Positions 23,750 to 35,725 of a stretch of 64,000 nucleotides of DNA are shown here, piece by piece. The position numbers and the translations under genes are program-made. Below the pieces are notes generated by a model. It was not told the DNA's origin and made no database searches. It saw only the letters and a program-made list of their open reading frames with translations. The first letter of the stretch is position 1. Each line of letters opens with the position of its first letter. This stretch comes from Negaprion brevirostris (lineage: Eukaryota): assembly GCA_030324005.1 (NCBI GenBank), contig JARDVH010000106.1, positions 54,251,894 through 54,315,893 of the forward strand, read 5' to 3'.

Positions 23750-24710
23750 CTCCTTTTGAGTGTGTTAAGATAGACAGTACACCAGTCACTCTGGACAAAT
23801 GAGGAAGGTCATTTGGAGCGATCCGACACTCTCAGAAGTGACGGACATTGTATTACGAGGGATGACTTCAGAACTAACATCTGACTTGAAATCATACTCT
23901 AGAAGATTGGAGCAGTCAATACAGTCACAGTGATTTATTTGGGGGTTCAGTGGTCATTCCACCACCACTGAGAAAATGAGTGTTACATGAAGGCCATTAC
24001 AGAATTGTACACTAAGGAAATAGCCAGGAATTTTTTTCTGGTGGTCTGAATTAGACACAGAAATTGAAGAGACTGCTGGAAGATGTTCTTCATGACGAAG
24101 GTAAGAAACCTGCCACCTTTTAGCCTTCCATGGGTGCCTACACCCATGGAAATAGCCAGATGAGACTTGCCAATGATCGCGTGTAGACTCTGCAGGACCT
24201 TTTGAAGGACATGCATTCTTAATAACAGTCCAAGTACCCAGAAGTCACCATAATAAAATTTACTTAATTGAGACTAGAAGAAGTCTTTAATATGGATTCC
24301 CCAAATAAGTAGCAAATGAGCAGACATCAATTTTTCTCCCAAGAATTTGAAAAGTTCTTGAGAATGGTATTCAACACATTAGGACTGTAACGTACCATCC
24401 TGCTATGAACAGACTAGCTGAACATTTTGCCCAACAATGAAAAATATATTGGGAAACTAGGGAAATGTCTTAGCCAATTCCTACTGTTGTATAGGAATAC
24501 CACTCAGTCTATGACCAAAACCTCTCCTGCATTATTAATGATGAGGAATCAATTATGACCGGAATTCGATCTGTTGCATGGACAGAGAGAAAGGTGGGAA
24601 GGCAAAGTAAAATGTTGTGTGGGTTCCTACTACAAATGTCGCACAGACTAAACCTGTCTCATATACCGTCCAAGACAGAGATGAGGCAAGTGGACCAGTT
24701 GTTGGCAGGA
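23750..24710 (+). mobile_element. Ty3/Gypsy integrase region; likely continuation of 10550-13255
   Basis: 'DSTPVT...SDPTLSEVTDIV', 'VIPPPLRK', 'HEGH', 'EIARNFFWWSELDTEIE...RCSS', 'VDSAGPFEG', 'YHPAMNRLAE', 'FLLLYRNTTQS', 'RQVDQLL'. Confidence 0.85.
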
Positions 24711-25605
24711 AATGGAACCTGCTGAAAATCTGGGTTCATCTGTGCAAAGCCCTGACCTGAATCTCCCTGTAACCCTGACACTGACTGACACTGGTTTACA
24801 GGTGAGGTGTTGCTTTCCACGATCAGAGTCAATCTCTAGTTACAATGTCAGTCAGTGTTCAGGTCAGGGCTTTGCACAGATGAACCCAGATTTTCAGCAG
24901 GTTCCAGCTTAAATGAGCAGGACTGAGGAATGGCCTTTAGTTCAATGTAAAAACATTATTTTGTACAAGCTCTCTTGTCTTTAGCACTTTATCTCTCCCT
25001 AAGCCCTTTCCTGAAGATGGCTGCCTTACTTGCAGCTGTTCCCTTAGCACCTCATCTGTGTCTAAACTTCTTTCTTGCTCACAGCACTCTAACTACAAAT
25101 TGTATCAATTGCAAAGACCACCCTGTTCCCTATTCTTTTGTTCTCTTAGATGGTGCCCAGACATGGTGTATCAAATACATGGCAGATTGATTTTACTTGT
25201 GTCAAAATAATATTAATTTTCATGGGATCCTACCATTTTGTGACACCACACAGTGAACGCCACCCTGTAAATAAAGCTCCTGGTGTCAATTCTCCACTGT
25301 ACAACACAACCTGTCCTTATTTAACTCTATTGACCCTAACACTTGTTTCTTTGTTCCCCCATATGCTTACCTTGCCTCCACTTAATTCATCTTTACTATT
25401 CACTTCAATCACTTCCAAACGACCATCACTTTGGGTAACAAAGATTTTTTTTCTGAATTCCTTAGTTCTTGGTGAGCGTTTTGTCTCGATTATCCTAATT
25501 TTTTGTTTTCCCACAATCAAAATATTTTCTGTGTCCGCTGAATCAAAACCTTTCCTGATTTTACGGAACTCTAAGTCACCCCTCACCCCACGTTCCTGAT
25601 ATAAT

Positions 25606-26341
25606 GAGCCTCATTTTCCCATCACTCTGCACCCGTTTTCGGGCACAAAAACTTCGATAAATTTGCATGCATTTAAATTGACTTGATAGGCTGCATGCCC
25701 AACCTTAATGGCACTTCCCTTTTTACCACCACATTTGCCCATTCAGAATTAGTGTGAAACAGACATGCTCCATAGAAATCCAATTCGGGTGCTTCAGTTA
25801 GTGAGGAGGTAGGTCCATCAGATGGTCGGCACCTAAGAGGAGATGCAGGGGGAGAAGGTGGGTCCACTGCCACTCTGATTGAGATCAGTGGAGGAAAAGG
25901 GGGATCCCCTGCCACAGTGCCTGAGATCAGTGGAGGGAAAGAGGGGTTCGCTGCCATTCTGCCTGAGATCGGTAGGGAGAAGTGAAGAGGGGCCCTCGAT
26001 TAGTCTAGGTGATGTTGGGGTAGGGGGATAAGGGGGTCACTAATGTTGTGCGGGTGGGGCAATGTCTGTGGGGCCAGAAGGAGGCATTATCCAGCCCGGA
26101 GGAATGTGGCAAGGGAGCAGCATTCTATCACGCGCAGTTGGAGGCGCCGATCAGGGCTGCAGGATTTCTGGCACGTTAAGCTCTGCGCCACAGGCTTCTG
26201 CAGCACGATTCAGAATGGCTGATGTTTTTGCAGGCAGAGTGCATATGGTGGTGTCTGAGAATGGCTCTAAAAGTCGGATTTGAAACACTCCCAGTTTCAA
26301 GTCTGCGCAGCACTTAGAATCCAAATGGTAAAATAGGACCC
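25606..26341. mobile_element. Non-autonomous TIR element (PIF/Harbinger-like MITE)
   Basis: Imperfect TIRs gagcctcattttcccat / atggtaaaataggaccc, with a 3-bp direct repeat AAT at 25603-25605 and 26342-26344. Confidence 0.7.
25867..25980 (+). repeat. ~42-bp tandem repeat x ~3 inside the MITE
   Basis: ctgcca..ctg..tgagatcagtggagg..aag.ggg.tc units. Confidence 0.75.
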
Positions 26342-27829
26342 AATGTTTGTAAAACTTTCTGGCACAGTGCCTTGACACATTTCTTTATAACATGGTGACC
26401 AGAATTGTACACAGTACTTGGTCTAATCAAGATTTGATCCAAGTTTAACACAACTTCAGATTATTCTATCATTCTACAAATAAACCTTGTGGACAATTTT
26501 GAGCCTGTGTTCTCTGTCAGTTTAAATGGTGACATGGGCTTAATTTTGACCCCCAGTGCTTGTGTGGTTGGAGGGAGGGGTAAGGGAGCATGGTGAGATT
26601 GCCTCAATACTCGCGTGGTGAGTGAAGTGGGCATTAGCCCTGATGCTTNNNNNNNNNNNNNNNNNNNNNNNNNNNNNNNNNNNNNNNNNNNNNNNNNNNN
26701 NNNNNNNNNNNNNNNNNNNNNNNNNNNNNNNNNNNNNNNNNNNNNNNNATTCATTTTCAACTCCAATTGGGGTGCCCTCTCTGTGAACTCTGTCTTGCCA
26801 GCTCTATCAGGCTCCATCCAGTCAGAGTGAACAATGCCCCCAGATTCTCTATGCATTGAGTGCCAGAAAATCTAATCTGCTGACACTCGTACTCTGACAA
26901 ATTTTGGTAAAATTCCACCCATTGTTTCCTTTTCTTGCCATTGTTAAGTGTTCCCTTTTAAAATTCTGCTCAACCTGTTCTTTCCAGTGTATGGCTCCTT
27001 TTAAATATCAGCCATGCACAGCATTATTTCCAGAGAGCCCTGTTTGTTCATTTACTGGCCCAGTTGTTGTGGGCCTGTGCAACTTAGAAACATTTCTTGT
27101 TAATCTGTGGTTTGTATATTTGTTCTCCAGATCCCTTTTGTGTCTCTATCCAATTTAAAATCTTATTTTCTTAGTGGTTATGTAGTGTCCTTACTTACTG
27201 ACTTATTTTATATATGTTGAAATACATTCACCAACAATGTGCCCATTTTACAAGTTTGTTTGTATCTTGTTTTCCTCAGTATTGACTATTTTCCCCCCAC
27301 TCCCAGCAACAATTTTTGGTGTCGCATGTTAATTCAGTAATTGTAATTTTGATACCAAAGTCTAAGTTGTTAATATCAATTGTGAACACCACTTCCCGCA
27401 TCTGTTACCCTGAATTGCTACTCTTCAATCCTACTCTCTGCTTTCTGTTTTCAAGCCAGATGGCTGGCCATTCTGCTGCTTGTATCCATCATTAAGTGGC
27501 CCTTTTCCCATCCTGAATCATTTTTCTTATTTATGTGCCTGTAAAATATTCTACTATTTTGTTTTATGTTCCTTGATGATTAAATGATATAGTTTTTCTT
27601 TGCCCTCCTATTGTATTTTTGGCATTTATTCCTACCTCTTCATATTCTCAATGCCAATACTTTGCCTTGGAAGAAATTACTGTATGTCTCTTCACTTACT
27701 CTCAATTCTTTCACTCTGTATTTATTCATATGGTGACTCTGTATGAATTTAGATTGGTCTTTTTTTTTAGTACAATGTATTTCCTGGACTTTGAACACAT
27801 TTTAAAAGTTCACCATTGATACTCTACAT

Positions 27830-28800
27830 TTTTTGTTGGCATGTGCTAATCACCAAGCCAGACAATAACTTCCACAGTGGCTGAATAGATCTTTCTGAGG
27901 CCTGTGCTGAATTTTGTCAGAGGACAGTCTTCAATAATGAGAATCATTGGGGTACAACACAGCTACAGTCTAGTTTCCCTACAAGGTCCCACTTGTGCTG
28001 ATTGCCACAAAAAGTCCTTGGCTATTGTGGAAATGGTTGCCCAATGTTGAGGCAGGTTGAAGCTGGTGGGTTGGACTATGAGATCGGTGATGAGGAAGTG
28101 GTTTTTACTGATGGCGTGTTGGTTCCATTCCTGCTGCCCCATGGCTTCTGCTGCTATTCTTTGGTATGGGGTCTTAGTCATACAAGCTGGCATGATGGGA
28201 GGTGAGCAGCAGGTAGATTGGTAATGTCCTTGTGTTGTGGCTAACTTGGGTTGATGTAAACCCTCTCCAGGAGCTTTCTTGTCGCAAGCAATCTCCCTCC
28301 TTATGTGAGGGAGTGGGATATTGCTCAGGACTCTGAGTCAGGGGATGTGAGTTGATTGGAGGATATCCGAGATGATACTTATTGTTGTGTTGAGCCGCAT
28401 GCCTCCAAGACTGGTATGGGATGAGTTGTACTAAACTGGTGCACACTACAGTTGAGCAAACAAGGACAAGAACCGAGGATTTTAAGCATCTACACCACAT
28501 AAAGAGCCAGTACGTTTGCTGAGGAGGTTGTTTCAAGTTTTGATCTTTGCTGCTGTCTTGCTCAGAAGTCTTTAAGTGTTCAGTCAAGGGTAACATCATG
28601 ATAAACAGGATGTTGTTTGTAATTCAGTCTCTTGCCATTCAAAGAGATGTTGAGTTCCCTCTTGGCGCTGGCATTGTGAAAGTGGAATATACTTGAGACT
28701 ATTTTGTTGCTGCTGATGCCATGTCTTGCAGTGACTGGCCAGCTTTGTAACATTTAGTGTTATTCTACATCATTAATTGTCAATATCATTGCCCATTTTA
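27830..28800 (-). mobile_element. Vingi/Ingi-like LINE 3' region, decayed
   Basis: Minus strand: 'LKSSVLVLVCSTV', 'PTSFNLPQHWATI', 'HKWDLVGKLDCSC', 'IEDCPLTKF...VWLGD*'. These resemble Vingi C-terminal motifs. Confidence 0.6.
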
Positions 28801-29763
28801 TTTTCCCAAGTGCTACTCTTAACATCCTCAGAATTGGCTTTTTTTCCAATCTGTTCTAGTCTTTATCATTATGTCCTTCTCTATCTAAAGTGTATGGTAT
28901 AATTGTTGGTATTCCTTCGGTATTTCACAACTTTTACTACTTTTATCTGCTTCAGGTTATTCCCCAGTATTAATTCTAGCATCAGATCCTCCTTGTTGAT
29001 CTCTATAGTAACTGATTTTTTGAAGGGTGTTTTGCACACATTGTAGGAGCTCTATTTTCTTATTGTCCCCTTTACCAGTCTCTTCTGGCCAATTAAAATC
29101 ACTCAAATTATTGTAGTATGTTTTTGTTTACTTATTTCCTCTAATTCATTGGCATACTTATTCCTCCACCTACCTCTCACTGTTAAATGGTATACAGAAT
29201 GCCTCTANNNNNNNNNNNNNNNNNNNNNNNNNNNNNNNNNNNNNNNNNNNNNNNNNNNNNNNNNNNNNNNNNNNNNNNNNNNNNNNNNNNNNNNNNNNNN
29301 NNNNNNNNNNNNNNNNNNNNNNNNNNNNNNNNNNNNNNNNNNNNNNNNNNNNNNNNNNNNNNNNNNNNNNNNNNNNNNNNNNNNNNNNNNNNNNNNNNNN
29401 NNNNNNNNNNNNNNNNNNNNNNNNNNNNNNNNNNNNNNNNNNNNNNNNNNNNNNNNNNNNNNNNNNNNNNNNNNNNNNNNNNNNNNNNNNNNNNNNNNNN
29501 NNNNNNNNTTTGTGGTTCAAAAATGTTTATCACAATTGTATAATTTGTATAAGACATTTTTCATTAGTTATCATTAATAGTTTTAGTTGATAGATTTCTA
29601 GATAGTTTAACATGTGAGTTGCGGAATTTGAAATGTTAAGTCTCCAAATCTAGATGTTCCTTTATGTGCCAAAAGTGATACATCTTAAAGAGAACAGTTT
29701 TAGTAGTTTTCTGTACCTTAATGTACACATTTACAAATTCTAATAAAAAATAATTTAAGGATG

Positions 29764-30574
29764 TGTTGTGCCTGCTGCATACTCTGTTTTAATCCTTATA
29801 CGATGGACAAAGAATTGCAAGTGGACTTCTTGTTAGTACAACCAATCAATAATCACTCGCGCAACCAACAATAAGTTATCTTAAAGAAAATACTGAAGTT
29901 CAAGTTCAATATTAGACCTTGACTTGACTTTGCTTGACTAGCGAGTACCCAAGCAGAGATTGGCCTTTATCTGTGCGCTGGTCTTGGTAGTCCTCTGCAT
30001 AGCCTGCCCCTTTGGTCTGGTCTGGTCTGGCACTCTGGTTCTGGTCGTCCTTCCTGCTCAGATGTTGTGGCTCTCCTTGTATTGGTCACTGCTGGTGATG
30101 GTCACCATTGTTCTAGCTCATTCGTGGAGAGAGAGAGGGGTAGCTTCTTCTGTTGTGCAGCACCTTTTTATCCCTCCTTGGTTTTGTGACTTTTTTTGGG
30201 TGGTCTCCTGAATCTTGTCAATCAATTGATCAGACCTTGATCATTCTGATCAATAAGAGTCCAATCAGGTGCTGCTGCACTGATCTGTAGGTGTGTATCC
30301 ATTGGCCATGCCTATATGTGCCTCCAGCACTTAAGACACATACCTCCTTCCCAAATAAGGGGTTAAGTTCCCCAGACACAGAGGAGCCAAGTATGTTTGA
30401 CCACAGAGTGTCCATTGTCTTTGGGATAGCCTATTCCCAAATCCAGTATCCAGTCATCTGAGCTGCAGCCTGTTTAATCCCTTTCTTTAAGGCTTCAGCC
30501 TGTTGTTTTAGTTCTTGCCCAATTATCCCAGAGTGCTTTATAAATCATCATTTTAGGTGGCCAGTTTGGCCACA
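29764..30574 (-). mobile_element. Solo LTR
   Basis: Starts TGTTGTG and ends GGCCACA, with a perfect 4-bp TSD GATG (29760-29763 / 30575-30578). A minus-strand TATAAAA lies near 30165 and CCAAT-like boxes are nearby. Confidence 0.8.
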
Positions 30575-32399
30575 GATGTAAGCATATCCCAGATATTTAT
30601 GTTCGTCATAGAGAAATAATGAGCTGAATCTGTTTATTAATGCAAAGTTTGTGTCATTGAAAACAGTACTTACTTGCCTAGCATTATTGATTTGTATTTT
30701 ATTGCTCTTTAGAGCTTCACATGTTGATTTGCAACATTTTCACCCATGGATCTAAGCAAACACTAATCCCCCCTTCCTATTGTTGGTTTTGACTTGGATT
30801 CTCCAGGCGTTGTGAATCTGCATGTGGGTTTCAATGCAATGCTGCAAATGTTTGGTGCTGTAAGCACAATTCTTATTATTTTTGGATATGTCAGAAAGCT
30901 ATATGTCTTTTTGCAAGTCCTGCAGAAATAATGGATCGCATAAGTGGATTTGATGAATTTTTCATGGCCTGCTGAACTTTATTGAACTCTGAGCAGCATA
31001 CTAAGATGCCGGGTGTGCATCTTGCAGCCACTTCATTCATCACCATCGCTGGCTTGTGTTCCTGCTCGGTTGGTGCAATCAGTCAGTGCCGGCATAATCG
31101 AATCCAGTCACATGACAGAGCACCACCCACGGCAGTGTTTCAGGTTGCACTGTTCTACACAGGACACCTAGTGATTATCAATGTACATTGTTAGTCATTT
31201 CCACATTTTTTTGTTCTTGCTGCATATGCACCAATCCATTTTTAAAACAAAATATATTATTTTATTTCACTTCAGAACGCCACCATGAAGATCTGCATTC
31301 CACAGTCTTCCTTGTACACGTTTAATGCTGATAAGTGTAACCTCCATGAGGAATCTGGAAATAGAGCACTGTACTCTGAAAAATGTTGGCAGTAGGACAT
31401 CTGTCTGCCTCATTCACTCCAAAATATCTTATTATTGAAGAGAAATAGCTTAACATAGAAAGATTTTCCAACCAACATATATGACGACCTGGAACACGCT
31501 CTACATTTGAGGAATCATATCATGAATTTGATTTGGGCACTGATTTCACACTTAGATTTTTTTGATGTTGTATACATTATACTGATATATGAATTATTTA
31601 GGCACCGTTGTTGCTTTACATCAGTCACATAATTTATTATTTTAATGGTATCAACTGTGGAGGATGATATAAAGCAAATTCTCTTGATATGACCAGAGGA
31701 GTCTTCAGACGGAATGACCCTGAAAATCCTGTTGCCTCTCAGCACTGCTGGATAGGCAATAGGATAACACTTCTGCCTGCCAGTTTACCTAGACCCTCTC
31801 TCAAATCTCAGGGTTTTCAATCATTGGAACAGAAGGATGTGTCTCCTTCTATATTAAATATTTCTAGGACATTTTCCCTGTTGATGGTGAGAGGCTGCGG
31901 ACCTTGTGTTTACCCACTTGTCTGAATGTCAAAACTTGCAGGAACTGGCTCAACCAGAGATGGGACAAAGACGAGTAATTTTAAAGATGCCACATTTGAC
32001 TATGTTGGCGCCACTTCAGACAGAATCTTATCTTGGCACTCAGTTTGTACTGGGGAATAGCAATGCAATTGTTTAAACCTCAAGTTGATATTGTCAACAT
32101 TAGACTTGCTTGCAATAACACTTTGATCTACATAAGCATTGCCTGCTAGCCTATAGGTGGAGGTTTGTAAATAGGAGATTAACCTGTAGAGTTTCTATAT
32201 CCCCTAAGAAGATCAGAATGCTGGTGGATCTAGATCATGTCTAAATGCTGGGCCCTGGCCAGCCTAATCTGGTAAAGTGCCCTTCCAGGAATTTCTGAGT
32301 CAATACCTTTTGGAAATTCAGTCTAATTCCAAGTATACAAAGCCTGCAGACAAAATGAATGAAAAATTGAACAAAAAAAATCTTATTTAGGCTGATTAT

Positions 32400-32620
32400 A
32401 GTGTAATTTGAGCCAATCAGATACCAATATTCAGAAAAGGGGTAGTGGAGCCACTGCGAAATGCAGACCCACCAGTCTCAGTTTCATTTCATGTAAGATT
32501 ATGTAATTGATTATGGGGAGTCAACTTTTGAATATCTGTGCACTTATAATCTAGAAGACTGTAGCCAACATGCATCTCAAAGAGGGACATCATGTCTGAC
32601 AAACGTTTTCAAGTTCTAAC
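32400..32620 (+). mobile_element. Old CR1 RT fragment
   Basis: 'SQHASQRGTSCLTNVFKF' resembles the CR1 motif SQHGF..GRSCLTNL. Confidence 0.5.
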
Positions 32621-32912
32621 GTTGACTTCGGAAAACTCTACATTTTGCTACAACTTGAGTGGCAATTTTTAGCCCACGTTTACCATCAGAGAAAATGGTG
32701 GACAGGATGAGCAAGTGGAGAGAATAGGGAAATGGATTCTGCCCGGAGAGATTGTGTTCCATGAATTTCCCTGCTCCTCACTGGTGATGTCATGAAGTTT
32801 ACACCCACAAAGGGCAAGAGCTTCATTTAAATGACTTTTAATATTTGAATCTGATTAAACACCCACCTTTGCTGCATTTTTAAACTTCACCAACCAATTT
32901 CAAACCTGGGAG

Positions 32913-32946
32913 TACCTGACGAAGGGGCTAACCCCGAAAGCTTGTG
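32913..32946 (+). ncRNA. Minimal hammerhead ribozyme motif in a Penelope-like pLTR remnant (remnant extends to ~32990)
   Basis: tac-CTGACGA-a-gggg(ctaa)cccc-GAAA-gc-TT-gtg. It is followed by aataaa..gttggacta.aacctggtgttgt. Confidence 0.65.
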
Positions 32947-33949
32947 AGTCTATTATCAAATAAATCGGTTGGACTAAAACCTGGTGTTGTNNNNNNNNNN
33001 NNNNNNNNNNNNNNNNNNNNNNNNNNNNNNNNNNNNNNNNNNNNNNNNNNNNNNNNNNNNNNNNNNNNNNNNNNNNNNNNNNNNNNNNNNNNNNNNNNNN
33101 NNNNNNNNNNNNNNNNNNNNNNNNNNNNNNNNNNNNNNNNNNNNNNNNNNNNNNNNNNNNNNNNNNNNNNNNNNNNNNNNNNNNNNNNNNNNNNNNNNNN
33201 NNNNNNNNNNNNNNNNNNNNNNNNNNNNNNNNNNNNNNNNNNNNNNNNNNNNNNCCCCCCCCCCCCGCGTCTAATTCTGGCAGCTACAGTGGTGAAAATG
33301 GGGGATAATAGTGATGATTGCTAGTCGGGGGAGGTGTGAGCAAGAGAGAGGGATGCCAGCATGTTATGAGGGCTGGGGGAGCGGGCACGTTGGTTTTCAT
33401 TCTTGGAGGGGATGGCAGATGCCAACTTTGATCGCAACGGGATCGTGCAAGGTTTGATTGTTGGAGGGAGGCAGGGTGATGAGAGAGCCGGGTGTGGTTC
33501 TGGCTTTGATTCTGGGGGGCAGGGAAGAGAGACAGAGATACTGGCTTTGATTGTGGGGTTAGGGGTGCCCCTTAGACCTCTCTTGGGATGGGGGGGGTAT
33601 TTTTTCCCCCTGATAAAAACAGCACCCTGATCTCAGTGCAGCTGGCTTTGCTGGCATGTTTAGACCTTTCAACATGGCAATGATAAACACTTTTTTTTGA
33701 TGAGGTGTCATAAGGCCTGGTGAGAAAATCGACCTGTTTTCAGTCAAACCCTGATACTTTGCCATTTATTTGGTAACATTCCATCTTGAGCATTATGGAG
33801 CTATGCTTTATGAAAAAAAAAATTACTTTGAATTTACTGGCTGGAAGCCATTAATAAAAATTTTTAAAAGCAAAATTCCGATGAATTGAAATCATAGTCA
33901 AAGACTGTTTAACATTTACACCATTCTATTTTCTACATCCGGAACCCAC

Positions 33950-34720
33950 TGAAATGGAGATAACCAATCTGCAAAGCCTCAGCTGGAACAAATGCCTTGA
34001 AGGAGTATGAATGGAACACATCTCCTAACCCATTAGCAAAGCATCTAAACCATCACGTGGGTACTCAACTGGGTGGAGACAAACTACTAGATGAAATCAG
34101 TTGGACAATGGATTTCTGGATATTAAAGGAATCTGCCCAGATGTAATCCAATCATGTAAGCAAGGCAACTGGAATCCACCAGACATGCCCATATTTGGGT
34201 CACTGGGTGATTGGAAAGAGAAGGTCACAGGACAAGCCATCTAACCCTTTGTGTGGTTTAACACCTGTTTCCTCTGCAGACCAGCACGTGAGCAAATGAG
34301 AAGAAGCAAAACCCTGAGTGGGTTCATTATCTCTTTTTTTTCTCTCTCTCTCTCTCTCTACCCCCTCCCACTTCCAGCACCGTCAGCATGCAAGTTTTGA
34401 ACTCTGCCTGCTGATTTTGATCATCCATGTACTACAGGTGGAGACCTTTTTAAAGAACTCAATCCAGCAGCTGCTTTCTCCAGAAGAACAGAGAGATACA
34501 TTTGTCCTCATCTTTTGCAGAATTCAGAAGGACCACCAAGTACACCTTTAAAGTCAGGAACCTTCAGGAGCCATATGCCCTAAACTTAACTTTAATGAAC
34601 ATTAAATTGCTTGATCTATTCTCCCACTCCGCAATCTATTTGTGTGTGTGCGTGCGTGCGTGATGGAGTATCCTATTTTGTTTAGACTGGGTTAAGTGTG
34701 ATGTGTACTATTCCCTTTTC
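33950..34720 (+). mobile_element. Possible LTR remnant
   Basis: LTR-like composition (CCAAT boxes, (CT)n, (TG)n/(TGCG)n). No TG..CA ends or TSD were confirmed. Confidence 0.3.
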
Positions 34721-35224
34721 ATGAACCCTGTCCTTGTCTTTTCTAGTCACAGCTTGCAAACAATTAAACACTCGTTGAATTGGGAAGTGCCTTTGCATTT
34801 AAAAATAAACCTGTTAGTAGGACTCCAGCCGACCCCGCATCAGGGTTTTCGAGGTCCAGGTCGTATTCACATGTGGCCATGGACTCCTCTGCCACTGTTT
34901 GCCTGTGTGTGTCTTTCATCTGCCAAGGAAGACCGCATCCAGCTGCCTTTGCTTCAGTAGACTTGCAGGACTCTGCCATTCCCACTTCACATCAGAACCT
35001 GTGTGAGACACAAGAAGAGGCCTCGGATTGTACTGCACCCACTTTCTTTATATTTCAGCAGGAATTCCCAACTATTCTTCCCTGATTTGGTCCTTGAGAT
35101 CTCCTTGGCCTCCTTCTCCAAGGTAGTCACTGTAAGGAGAGGGGTCACCCTCTGCCTATGAGAGCGCCTCTTGCACTCCTGCAAAGGTGAAAAAGGAAGT
35201 GAAGTAAGGCTTAGAGATCTCACA

Positions 35225-35725
35225 TCCTCATTACGGGAAGGATGTGGAAGCCATTGAAAGGGTACAGAGGAGATTTACAAAGATGTTGCCTGGATTGGGT
35301 GGCATGCCTTATGAGGATAGGTCGAGAGAGCTTGGTCTTTTCTCCTTAGAGAGACGAAGGATGAGAGGTGACCTGGTAGAGGTGTATAAGTTGTTGAGAG
35401 GTATTGATCGGGTGGATTCTCAGAGGCTTTTTCCCAGGGCTGAGATGGCTGCCACAAGAGGACACAGGTTTAGGGTGCTGGGGAGTAGGTACAGGGGAGA
35501 TTTCAGGGTTAAAGTTTTCCCTCAGAGGGAGGTGGGTGTGTGGAATCAGCTGCTGGCGGTGGTGGTGGAAGCGGATGCGATAGGGTCTTAAGAGACTTCT
35601 GGATGAGTACGTAGGACTTAGTAAGATTGAGGGTTATAGGTAAGCCTAGTAGGTAGAGATGTTCAGCGCAACCTGTGGGCCAAAGGGCCTGTTTGTGCTG
35701 TAGTTTTTCTATGTTCTATATTCTA
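35225..35725 (+). mobile_element. CR1 LINE 3' end
   Basis: ORF 35244..35591 'ERVQRRFTKMLPGL...RRMRGDLVEVYKLLRGID...RGHRF'; tail ttctatgttctatattctat. Confidence 0.92.

Larger units (their letters stand above)
25330..26490 (-). mobile_element. Old CR1 LINE fragment interrupted by a MITE
   Basis: ORF 25317..25586 'MRGDLEFRKIRKGFD'. It resumes at 26345-26490 (gaccagaattgtacacagtac = EYCVQFWS on the minus strand). Confidence 0.65.

Noticed and set aside
25867-25980. CRISPR-like repeat array
   Set aside because: Tandem units without unique spacers, inside a eukaryotic MITE.
29149-29577. Long ORFs spanning N-runs (also near 32944 and 59483)
   Set aside because: Artefacts of assembly gaps.
30940-31190. 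Minus-strand 'VTGFDYAG' resembling a BEL/Pao integrase motif
   Set aside because: Isolated word; the surrounding residues do not continue the integrase.
31261-31396. Splice acceptor + perfect Kozak GCCACCATG + 36-aa ORF
   Set aside because: No convincing donor and no recognisable product; likely chance.
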